Below, piece after piece: positions 1 through 11,634 of a stretch of 64,000 bases of DNA; within the stretch, counting starts at the first letter, position 1; each line of letters begins with the position of its first letter. The DNA is taken from assembly GCA_000165425.1 (NCBI GenBank), contig CT867987.1, positions 248,001-312,000 of the forward strand. Reading direction: 5' to 3'. The notes under the pieces are model-generated. The model was not told where the DNA came from, searched no databases, and was given only the letters and a program-made list of their open reading frames with translations. Both the position numbers and the translations under genes were made by a program. The DNA is from Paramecium tetraurelia (taxonomy: Eukaryota).

Positions 1-801
1 AAAATTAGTTATTACTAAGTGAATATCAGAGGAAGAGTGGTATTTATTTCAAAAACCCAGAATACAATAAAACGGATGGATTTTTTCAGGAGAATAATTA
101 GGTGCTTTTAAAACAATTCAAAACTAGCCAAGACTTATAGAAGGAATAATATAATTCAATTTATGATAATATAGTGGCATCGACTAAAATTAGCGATTAT
201 AATAAGCACTTATTGTTAGGGTTATTTTAAGATGATCTTTGTGATTATATAGGTGACTAGTTGCCGTTTTGTTTTTATTAGAATGGGAAATTTCAATACT
301 TTCCAGATTTCCCATTGCCATTAGATATAAATAACAATCGAGAGCATCTCAAATAAGGGTTTAATGGATTGTACTAAGAGTAAAATTAAATATAAATATT
401 GTAGAATTTAAGCTCTTTTTTCGAGTAAATTTGTAAAGGAATTAAATGGGGAATTGGAGACAGATGTAGATGAAATTGTTAATTTTTTGGAGACTGCTGA
501 AAATCTTTAATTATTGATGCCATATTTTTTTGATCTTAATAAAGCGATAGTAGAATTTTACGTAACGATAATATCTACATCTGTTGATATTTTAGAAACA
601 GATTATTAAAAATATTTAATCTATTATATTATTTTTGGAATAGCAGCATCAGCAATGTTATTTTCAGTTGTAATTTTTGCAACAAGGAAACTATAAAGAT
701 AAATTAGAGCAATTAGATAAGCATTAGTATTGTTACCGCATGAAAGTTTATTGGATGTATAAGTATATAATGCAATAAAGAGATTCGAGTAAAAGATGTG
801 A
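1..801 (+). CDS. 3' end (partial) of a multipass membrane protein, probable paralog of the PAS-type proteins at 25775 and 35061
   Basis: Table-6 frame with a 25-nt intron (380-404). DDLCDYIGDQLPFC motif, a hydrophobic helix, then the tail IRAIRQALVLLPHESL..KM*, matching the C-terminus of 35061-40397 (NDLC..MC; LRQILVLIPVDLI). TGA at 799-801. Confidence 0.75.
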
Positions 802-845
802 CAAATAATTTTGAAATTAAAAACAAATATTATGAACTAGAATAT

Positions 846-1188
846 TCAAATTTAATATGAGTAAAATGCTTCGAGCTCCTTTTGAATTTCTTCAAAATTG
901 TTCATATGATAAGTTTCCTCATCTTCAAAATCATTTTCATCAAGTACATAGGGATAGGGTTGATCGTCTTATAAAATTGGAGGCTAAGCAGCCATTGATC
1001 TTTTTTTTTTAAATAAATTTTCATTCCTCTCTTTTTACATTTTCTTGTGAAAGTCTTAGACCTTCTAATGGGTAATTGAAATAGCATACCATTTAGAGTA
1101 ATTGTTTGGTATCTTCTTAATATTTCTTATCGGTTTGAATTTCCTCAATTTATATATTTGAGTTTGAGTTTAGAGATAATAATTGCAT
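846..1188 (-). CDS. Small hypothetical protein (~105 aa) with a basic helix and an acidic tail
   Basis: ATG 1188, one 25-nt GT-AG intron, TGA 846-848; spliced length 318 nt is divisible by 3. Confidence 0.7.
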
Positions 1189-1243
1189 GAATTAAATATT
1201 ATTAAACAGAAATAAGATAAGTATCACAAATAATCCCTGCAAT

Positions 1244-2657
1244 TCATTAATCATATCTGGATAATAAGCGAAAACTAAATACAATTAAGAATTACTCTCT
1301 ATGAAACTAACTGAGTTTGCTATACTTTTGCCACAAAGATCGATCTCCCAGATATTCATTTACTTGATAGCTGATTAGATCCGTGTCGAAGTCCAAATTA
1401 TCTGAATTTTTCCTAGAAGATGAGTAGAATGGATTTACAGAAAGACACTGTTGACTACCTAATAACATTTCAAAGTAGACTACCTTAAAAGGAAGCCAAT
1501 GTGGGTTTTTTATTCTCTTCTCTTCCATTAAGATTGTTTCTACTTGAGAATTGCGGAGGTGGAGCCAATAATTGATTAGTACTATACAATAAGCAAACAT
1601 GGCTTTACTTTTATTGATTCAAAATGCCTGACAATTATTTCTCAATTGATTTCTTCATTTCTATGCTGTTATGAGGGACCAAAGAATCATAATGTGTAGA
1701 AGATCTAATCTCACTCCAATCATAGAATCCATCAAGATTTAATTTTAAAGATTCAGCTGCTTTTTTTAGCTCAAATGTAATCATCTTGTAATTTGGCTCA
1801 CTCTAAAACTGTAATTTACGTATATAACTAATGTAATTAGAAATGGAATACTCAAATATCTTTTGAAATTCTTTAGGCTAATCTCTAAATATTTCCTACT
1901 GTAAGAGTATTTTCATCTCACCAACCTTTTTCGTTCTTTCATCATCAGTAACATTTTACATATTTTGCCAAGGCAGCTATCTTGATATTAATTAAGATTT
2001 ACCCTCTAATAAAGTATAAGATGATGTACATCATTGACTCCAAATCATCCTTCCTACTTAATTCATGTCCAAGATGAGCAGCAATAGATGCATACCGAGT
2101 AGTCCCCAAAAATGATCTATGTTCTCTAAAGGGACTAACTATGATTTCTATGCTTACATATGCTTGTTATTGCAATCCCTGTATATTTTACTGATTCCAA
2201 AATCGAGCAGATAAATTTTACCATTATCTTTGCCTGAACCTAAGAGTATGTTCTCTGGCTTCAGATCTCTATGAATTACACCTTGGAAATGCAGCTTTTC
2301 CAATACATCAATCAATTGTATTGCTATCAATAAAGCAGTCTTCAGTGTAAAGCGCTTCAACTGTTTAAAATGATAAGCTAAGTCGTTGCCCAACAGTTAC
2401 ATAACTAATACATTATAACCATATTCTTCTCCTGACCAAATTAATTTAGGTATGCCATCTATACCACCCAAATGTTTGAAAATTTACACTTCTCTATCCA
2501 ATGATCGAACATCTTCATTTTCTTCTCTTTCTACTTTTATAGCCACCTCTTGTTTAGTACTCTAATCTAACCCTAGGAATACAATTCCAAAAGAGCCAGC
2601 AGATAATTTCTTCTAAACAGAGAATTAATTGTTAAAGATCCTATTCTAAAGTAACAT
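1244..2657 (-). CDS. Casein kinase 1 family Ser/Thr kinase
   Basis: SAGSFGIVF, VAIKVE, HRDLKPEN, LLDFGISK, GTTRYASIAAHLG, RKDDLES, LPWQ; introns of 23, 22 and 25 nt give an intact frame. Confidence 0.95.
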
Positions 2658-3883
2658 AATATTTTTATAATCATTTCTAAACAATCAAAGTTGTTGTAAA
2701 TTGTCGAAGCTATGCTTAAAAAGAATTCAATTCTCTTGATGTCATTATACTGTATAATAAAACTACATTTATAATAAGTGTTAGATCAATTAAGTAACAA
2801 AAGTCTTTGAAAATAACATCAATGTTTAAATTCATGGTAAATAACTTAAAGTCTAATTGCAAATTTACTATGATATTGTTCACTGCTAAGGATTGAGTAA
2901 GTTAAGAGTCTAAGGAATGATTGATCCAGAAGATTTCAGAATATATTCTCTTAAATGGTGTCAATCATTTTTAGACAAAATGGAATAAGCTTTGATATTA
3001 CGAAGAAATATTCTAATTACATCAAATTTCATCAATGATTCTTAGAAGAATTTTATTTTTTGAGAAAAGACTAATAAGCCTTGTTATAACTAAATTGGAA
3101 ATTAGTTCAAAGTGAGATTGAATTGAATTGGATTGGTTTGAATATTTTGGAAACCATTTCTTTAGATTCCTTGATGATACCAGCAGAACCTAGGATATCT
3201 CGACTTTTTAATGTCAAATCGAGTTTAAAACTTTGTATTATACTTCTAATATACGACCTACCAATTAAACTTTCATTGAATACAATACAATACCAGAACT
3301 AATCTCATTCAGTCTTTGTTTCCCCAAAAATAAGAATCACATAAATTATCCAAAAGTGATTGAAAAGATAGGCTCTTGTTTTATAATCGACCCATTAACA
3401 AAGATAAGAAACTAATGTGCACATAGAATAAGAGCAAAAATATTAAAATTAGAATATTATTAAATCATCATATAGATTAAATATATATTAATTAAATAAT
3501 TAAAGAAACTTAATTATAATCCAAATAATTGCTAAATCATATCAAAATTGAATATCTAGTATATTAATTATAAAGTAAATTAATATGCATGATAAACAAT
3601 CAAATAATTAGCAATAAAGATGAATAAAAATTGATTAGGTTGATGAATAATTATTAAACAAATCAAAATAATCTTATATTTAGAGGAAAAAAGTAATAAT
3701 TCTGTTTAAAATAACATTAAAATGAAAAATAGATCATTGTGAAAATATTTATAATGATATTCATATAAAAAGATAAGAATTCTAACAATATTAATACTGA
3801 ATATTAAAATTATTATATCAAAATAGTATATTTTTCATAAAATTCAAAAAGAATGAATAGATTCTTATTATATTCACTTTTAA

Positions 3884-5075
3884 TCATTTTTTTTTAATTT
3901 TTGGAGTATCATGATTTGAAGAACATAGTTAGCTAGGAGTTAAATATTTAGATCTTAAGCTCTTCATGGAACTTTTAAGATCTTCAAAGTTTTTCTAACT
4001 ACTAAACATGCTTGTTCTTCCTTTTACAAAAAAATTATTTTATTGTTGACTTGCAACCTTCCTTTTTGAATTGCTATTATTGAAAACCATTTTTGTAGAA
4101 AACATTTTCTTTGCTAATTCCAATACCAATTCATTCTATTATGGAGTATTCCTTGCAGTTGTTAAACAAGATTTAGTCATTTCAATATTTCCTAGAGAAG
4201 CGTGTCTTGATTTTAATTAAGGAGGTTTTCTTATTATTTTTATAGGAATTTCGATTTTAGATCTTTGCTTTTAAGCTGAAGTCTATCTTGAAGTTTAAGC
4301 AGGCTTTGGGATTCTTTGAGTTAAAGGTGGTGACCTTAATAGTTGTACCTATCTTAATTGCATCTCAATAGTTTTTTTAAGAGTTGATTAATAATTGGAA
4401 TTGATCTGTTTTTAAGCATCAATTGTAGATTTTAAAGAGTTTTAAATAAGCTTATTCTGATTAAATATTTCAAAAGGCTTAGCTTAATTTTACGAGTCTC
4501 CAATCATATGAACTAAATCTCTGAGCATGGTGGTATTACTCATTTTAGATATGTCAGTTTAATTTGATTCAAGTTTGAGATCTTTCAATAAATATTTAAG
4601 TTAATTAACTGAACAGTCATCAGAAGTGTCTTTTACTTTGGATTGAGTTTATTCCTTGACTTCTTCATACAAACCCAACTCCATTTTAATCTTACAATAC
4701 TGTATATCCCTATTTTTTTGCATTCTCTTGTTAATTGGTTTGCAATGAAAGTTTCTGGGAATATTAATGTGGTACTTATAATATTCTAATAGAGCTGGTA
4801 TTCTATCATCACTTTCAAAGAATCTATAAAATCTTTTTCATAGTATGATTGTTTATTTACCTTCTCATGAATTCTGTCTACTGATAGAATTAGGTATAAT
4901 CTTTAAATCGAATAGTAGATTTAACTTATTTGTCATCCAATATATCATTAATGTCTTTTTGGTAATAAAAGTTTTGTGACTGAGAGTATTTGGAAGAAAG
5001 TGCTCTCGTGAGAATTAAATGAAAAGATCCATCAGTGTTCAATTTAGTACAGAACATGCACTTGTTAACTTACAT
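3884..5075 (-). CDS. Hypothetical protein with a conserved-looking N-terminal domain and a low-complexity basic C-terminus
   Basis: ATG 5075, one 28-nt intron, TGA 3884-3886; motifs SQNFYYQKDINDIL and LLEYYKYHINIPR. Confidence 0.8.
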
Positions 5076-5198
5076 TTTATTTTATTTCCTCAATATATAA
5101 ATATATTATGTAATAATAAATATAAACATAACATAGTTCTGAATTAAGGAGTAATTTGATATATATATTTGATTTATAATAGATAAATAATATTGATA

Positions 5199-6436
5199 TC
5201 ATTAATTAAGTGGTTTCATCTCTTCCTATAAATATAAATTGTTCCTTTGTTAGTTATTGATTGATCCAGTTTTATTGGATTTCAAAGGATCATTGATATC
5301 AGATTATTACTCAGGGGAAATAGTCTTTTATCTGTTATTTCCTTCTATTTTCATGAGTTATTCGGTGTCCACCTTTTCATTTTATTGTAAAATAGTTTTG
5401 ACTTATTATGAGTATTTTAAATCAACTTCTTCTTTATTCATCTACAAGAATGATTGAAATATATACTTTTATATATTTTCCATCCGGAGTGATCAATTGA
5501 TAGACTTGGTCCACAACTTATTTTTATTTTTCTAAATCAATAACTTCATCGGTATAAAGAATAAAGTAGCATTCTAGAATGTATTTTAAGAAATGAATAC
5601 TTTTTTCTTTATGATATTTGGCATAAAATTAGCCTCCCTCCCCCTTTAATTAAATAAATTCTTGAGGTTTCTTTTAATTATCCATTATTATTTTCTATAA
5701 AGCGTTTCGATCATTTATCCATTTATTCTAAATTGGGATGGCTATGTTGATCAACATCAAAAAATATTGTCGAACATAATCAAACATCATGAATCCTTTG
5801 AACATAAACTTATATTATGGTTCCAAATCGGCAGTTTTGGTTTTTATTATCAATTTCTCAATTAATTCATAAGTCTTTTATTTGTGCTCTGCCTTTTTAT
5901 CAATTTATTATGCCAAATCCTTTCTAAATTTCTTTTTTTCTTGTGACTGTTAAATCAATAAATAATCCAAATTTCCATGTGTCTCTATATACTCCTACTC
6001 AGCTCGACTTAAACTATCTAAAATATCTTATTTCAACTTCTATTCAAATTCTTCTCGCGTTAGCTGCAAATAATTTATTATTATAATAATGTACTTTGAT
6101 GTAATTGTTAACCTTTTTTATTTGTTCAATAATGGTTTGTAACACTTTTTATTGTTCTTCCTTTTTTGTGTTCTGATTGCTCAACAATATAAAGTAACAC
6201 TCTAAAATATACGCACATAATTAACTTGTTTGCTTTTCAAATTGGCAATAGAAATTTCCAAACTCACTCTCCATTTCGAAAGAACTCTCAGGCTTTTTTT
6301 TCTATTCTTATAACTTTTTTTCTAATTCACTCCTGACTTCACACCATCTTTATGAAGTTTGAAAGTTTCTTCGTACAAAGATGGCAAAATATTCTCTCCC
6401 ATAATCATAGGCTGAAAATCCTCTAAAAACAGACAT
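5199..6436 (-). CDS. Protein (~376 aa) with two tandem longin-like domains and no SNARE or TM segment
   Basis: Introns 6202-6225, 6064-6094, 5574-5600 and 5442-5466 give an intact frame. Two homologous ~115-aa units with a beta-beta-alpha-beta-beta-beta-alpha-alpha-like pattern. An alternative in-frame ATG lies at 6487. Confidence 0.75.
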
Positions 6437-7086
6437 AAATTTAAATTGATATAATAATTATATAGTTACAGGATTCATTGCATTCATTATGTAATTAAGT
6501 TAAATAATTTAGAATGAAGAAATAACGTACTTATGTTTTTTTTGTGTTGAGATAGTATAAAAAACTTAATTTAAGGCTTATTTCATTCTTTTATTATAGA
6601 GTTCGGATGTAGTTTTAAATTATTAAAAATTGATCTCTCCATCTAATAAACCGTATGGAAATAAAAATCAAATTAAAAATATTCCATTAATTCAGATTGC
6701 CAAACAATATCTATGAAAAGATCTGCATAATAACACTAAAGATATCTCTATTTCTTCGGCAATTAGATTCATAATAAAATTAATAAATTCCTTGATTTAA
6801 ACTAAGAATTATTAGTTTTTGAATTAAGAAATATTAATATTTTTATTTTAACTAACGCCTCTAAAATATTTAAGCAGTAAATTCTCAATAATACTTTATG
6901 TTTTTCCTGTTACTAGTATATATATTGAATTGTTTTAGTATGATATATTAAGCAATAGTATATAAATGTAAAAATACATATTAAATTAAAAGTGTTTAAA
7001 ATATTTTTACAATTTGAAAAAATCGAAGGCTATTTGGATTTGATATTATAAAGATTAATTCAATTTAACATATTAATAATTTTATT

Positions 7087-7647
7087 ATGCTAAATAAATC
7101 AATAAAAGTAACAAAAAAAGTTATTATCATTAATCAAAAGTATTATATTGTGATATTGATAAGAACTGACACTATAAGTGAGAATACAAATCTGATAAAT
7201 AGAGAACCATCGAAAAATGGTGGTGAAGTGCAGAAGACCAATTAAAAGAATTCAAATTAAACTTAGATGAACAATGAAATAGACTAATGTAAAATATGTG
7301 TTATAAGGAAAGAGAGGTGCGATTTAAGACAGTTACAGGAAATGATAGACATATATTTAAAAAACAATTAGAAAATCAAGGAGATCAAATCGATAGTGGA
7401 TTCATTAAAAAATAGAACTAGCAAATTGGAATAACAAATGAGACAGCAGGAAGGGAGATACAAAGTGAAGAGAGTCAGGAGAACCTCAACCTAGATAGAA
7501 AAGAAATATAAAGTTTAAATTAGTAATTATAATTTCAAGTGTTTCTCAAAGAATTGTGAGAAGAGTTATGGGTCCATGGTGTCCTTGAATTTGCATATGA
7601 GAATAAAACATAAAAGATAGAGAAATGTTTAGGAATAATAAAAATGA
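7087..7647 (+). CDS. Single C2H2 zinc-finger protein with a coiled coil
   Basis: KRVRRTSTQIEKKYK-[27-nt intron]-CFSKNCEKSYGSMVSLNLHMRIKH; TGA 7645-7647. Confidence 0.85.
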
Positions 7648-7689
7648 TAAACTTTCCTTACTTTTATATATATATTGATTTATTTTCAC

Positions 7690-8220
7690 TCAATAGGTTT
7701 GGCCATCAGGGGGTTATTACAATTTTTTGTTAGCAGCGGAACTCATTTCATTTTTTAATCCTGTTAAGATGTTTTCTAGAGTATTTTTGGATACCCAATT
7801 TTTTAAAATGCCAAATTTATTAATATCAATCTGAGTATTATTGAATGATGAATACCTATCCATTTGCTTGGACACAAGGGAGATTGATTTTAGTAACAAA
7901 TTTGACTTGGGGAGCAACTTTAGGATATTGAGGACCACAAGTGATTTTAAGTGAATAGATTCTATTCTCAAATGATGTCTACGATATACAAGAAAAACAT
8001 TACATTGTATGGTCCAAGGATTGTTCCATTCCAATTAGTCATTTACATGTCCTCAGCTACAAATGTCAGATACTAATTTTACCATCTTCCAATCCATAGC
8101 TTACAGTTCCATCTCCAATACCTTTTTCTCCGTTTTGGAGTTCTTCAAGTAATCTAAATCTTCTTGGGACTTCTAAAAAAAGTGTAAAAACGATATAAAG
8201 TTACCTGGTGCTCCTTACAT
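7690..8220 (-). CDS. MMS2: Ubiquitin-conjugating enzyme variant (MMS2/UEV1)
   Basis: [74 protein letters not shown]; four introns (32, 26, 25, 25 nt), 140 aa. Confidence 0.95.
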
Positions 8221-8291
8221 TAGGATTTGATTTAAATAATTATTATATGATATTAATTATATATTACAATCTATATATAATTTGTAAATCG

Positions 8292-9401
8292 TCAGATATT
8301 GTGAATTCTTTGTTTGAATTAGTGTTCCTGAGTCATCGATCTCAGTTGATTTTTGAGTCCCTGAGTGTTTTAAACTTTATTCATATCAAGATATTGATGA
8401 GGATTGTTTAGAGCATCAATAATAAATTTATCCCACAAGCCATTTGAAATTTTCCTATGGATCATTTCCTTATGCAAGATGCACAAAGGTATTTTTTGAG
8501 ATGGATGAGTATTGGGTAATTTAGTCTTTTGGGCTAAACATTTTGAATAAAAGATTCTCTATTATTAATTAAATTGATTTGAATTATTAAGATCAACTTC
8601 ATTTGAGTTGATTTCACTTTCATCAAATTGTGAGGTTGAAATTTTGGTAAGAATTTCGCTTTTGATATCATTCAATTGATTTCTATCTTGGCTCCCCGAG
8701 AATTTAGTAATCATAGTAGGTCTGCCATAGGTTGGACTTTGAAATTAAGAAGTAAAAGGTAATTGGGAAGTTCTATTCTATTCAGGCTATTATTAATATC
8801 TAAATGATTGAACACTACTGTAATTATTATTTTAAGGATTGTAATTACTATTATTAAAATTGATAAGGTTAATTTTTTGTGTATCTACTTTAGGCATGCG
8901 TATTTCCTTTTCTAGTTAGGCTTACTTCTGTAATGCTAGAGAATGGAGACGTTCCAGATAGAGAGCAATAGCCAGAGAACCCCTGTAGGATTCAGTGATT
9001 GTCTTCAATTCTTGATTTAGATCCTGCAACTTGCGTAGTTCAATTTAATTTGTGTTATGAATGGTGAGGATTTACTCGGACATCTCATCTGCTCTATTAA
9101 GGTATTTGATATTGTCTGATTTGGATTCTTTTTAATTCAATTGTAAAATAGACTCCCTCAATTTCTATATCTTAAAATTGATTTCATCCAATATTTTATT
9201 AGATTTAAGTACTGCTGTCACATTCTTTGAAACACTCTAACATTTCATAGTGTGAATATCAATTTCATTTATCGGAATAAGATTTTCGCAGTTCATACAA
9301 GGAACTGAATAGATGGTTTAAGTCATAGACATCATACTCCTAAGTTATTAAGTAGAATGATGGTTTTTTCCATACTTATTGGAAAAATAATCTGACTGCA
9401 T
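8292..9401 (-). CDS. Hypothetical protein with an N-terminal C2HC zinc finger and coiled coil
   Basis: 1110-nt table-6 ORF; VPCMNCENLIPINEIDIHTMKC; C-terminal FYSKCLAQKTKLP..W domain. Confidence 0.8.
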
Positions 9402-9977
9402 TGTATATGATACTATAAATAATATAAACGAATTATTGGATCAAAAATTATAAACAAATTATCACGTCCATAGAATGAGTAAATTCTCTGGTCTATTTGA
9501 TTAATTTAAGTTCTCTTGCTAATAATTATGCTTTTCGATCTATGTAATACTAATAAGATTTTTAAATATCCAACTAAAAGTACGCAATCTTATTCATTCC
9601 TTTAGTTTGCATCAATCAATTGTTGTTTAAGAAAAAGTGATATTCTTTTTACTCATTCTAATAGATTATTAGCAAAATATTATTTTAACTCTTATGATTT
9701 GTTATTCCTATTTGTTTTTATTAATAAGACCTAAAAGTTCTTTGGCATTGAAAATGAATTGAATGAACTGCAATTATTGACCATGCAATTGGATTCATTT
9801 TAATGGTTGTGGGAATTATCATGTCAAATATTTTATTAGTTTGATAGTAGTCTTTGTATTACAGCAACCATAATGCAAGAGATGGATGGCACCATAAAAT
9901 TTTGAGTGGATGAACAAGTAATTGAAGATAGCACAGAAATATAATATGCGGATGCTAATTTATGATTAATATATAAT

Positions 9978-11305
9978 ATGTTTCGAAAAAAAAGACCTTC
10001 ACATTTACAGTTACCTGATTCGATTGACAAATTATCTACTCCTGCCATTTTATCTTAAAGAACACCTCTTTCTCTGTAAAGTCCGAAATCACCTCCGATT
10101 ATACATAGGATGAAGTCTTTTTAGATTACTACTCATCGCAAATTACCAGAAAATAGTTTTGCTTTCGATGATCTTGTCAAAACACCCTTTGATGAAGAAA
10201 TCATGAGTAATCTATGTAAAGTAAGTCAGGATTCAAACACAGAAGTACTGCCAATCAGCATCTGCGATTAGAATCCATCTACAAATTTGTCTATGAAAAG
10301 AAACTCCATGGAGCCACTAAATATAATTTGAATCCGAAATCTCATTAATAGGCTCTACCTGTTCCAAATGGTTCCATTAGCATCATGCTTAATAAATAAA
10401 AAAAAGATCAAGGCTTTAGCATCTCTCAATTTAAAAAGAAGATCCCCCCAAAGTCTAAATTTAAAATGAAATGGAAAACTATTTAATGGATATTACTGAA
10501 TCGAAAGGATGCAATCGATCAAATCTTTTCTAATTATCAGAAAATTATCCAAAAAGCCAAAGACAAGAAAGAAGGTATGAATAAAGAAGAGTTTTCTGAA
10601 CTTTTGAATTCTGTCTAATTGGGAGCAGATAGAAATCTTGCTGAAAAGTTGTTTTATGTTTTCGATGAAGATCAAAGTGGTACAGTTGATTATAAAGAAT
10701 TAATCGTTGGTTTAGAAGTATTAAAAGATGACACCATAGAGGAGAAATTGAAAAGTATTTATGATTTAAACTTTAAGTATTCTTTGATTTATGTGATCTT
10801 GATGGTTCAGGTAAAATAAGTGAGAAGGAAATCTTCAATGTTTTAAAATCAAATATTGTTTCTGAAAGCGATAAATACTAATTGAGATAAAGCATTAAGG
10901 AAATGATTAAGAATTGTGATTCAAATGGAGATGGGGAATTGGATAAATAAGAAATTCTAGCGGCAGCAAGCAACAATGCAGTGTTAAGAAGATTACTGGA
11001 ACAAACTATTTCGAATGTGAAAAGAATAGATACAATCATTCAAAATGACCTAGAAGAACCATTTCATTAATTCGTACCGGCAACTGCTCATTTCGTCTAA
11101 TAAAAAGAAGGAATTCATTTCCCCACTCAATAAAAAATATTGGATATGATATAAGAAATGGAATCTGTAACGTTTATATTTTAAATAGATCCATGAAACT
11201 GCAAGAGAATATATCACACCTAGAAACAAACATAGCTCACTTCAGAATAGTCAATTCTATTAGGGATTATAAGAAACTAAAAACTTAGACGATTCTCAAA
11301 ATTGA
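9978..11305 (+). CDS. EF-hand Ca2+-binding protein (NCS/calcineurin-B/calaxin-like) with a long N-terminal extension
   Basis: EF loops DEDQSGTVDYKE, DLDGSGKISEKE, DSNGDGELDKQE; introns of 23 (10207-10229), 23 and 22 nt restore the frame. Confidence 0.9.
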
Positions 11306-11634
11306 TTTACTTAATGTATATATAATTCAGCAACAAGTATTATTTTTCATATTAATTAAATGTGTTTATTTCTCTATTTGCATTCCTATTTAATTCTAAT
11401 CAGAATATTCCTTTCTATTGAATTAATTTCAGAAAATTTAGTTCATATTTTGCAGATGTCTCATATTAATCAAAATTATACATAATCTCAATTTCTATAT
11501 ACTTATATAATTCTTTATTTTTCAGGTTGAAATCAAAAATTTTATATTATACTGAATCTCCAAAAAATGACATTTTATAAATAGTATTTATAATGTCAAA
11601 CTAATACTAAGATAATCAATAATATGTTTAATAA

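Noticed and set aside
1188..1300. Possible fusion of CK1 with the downstream small gene
   Set aside because: The only plausible intron there is 21 nt (frame-neutral), so CK1 stops at TGA 1244-1246.
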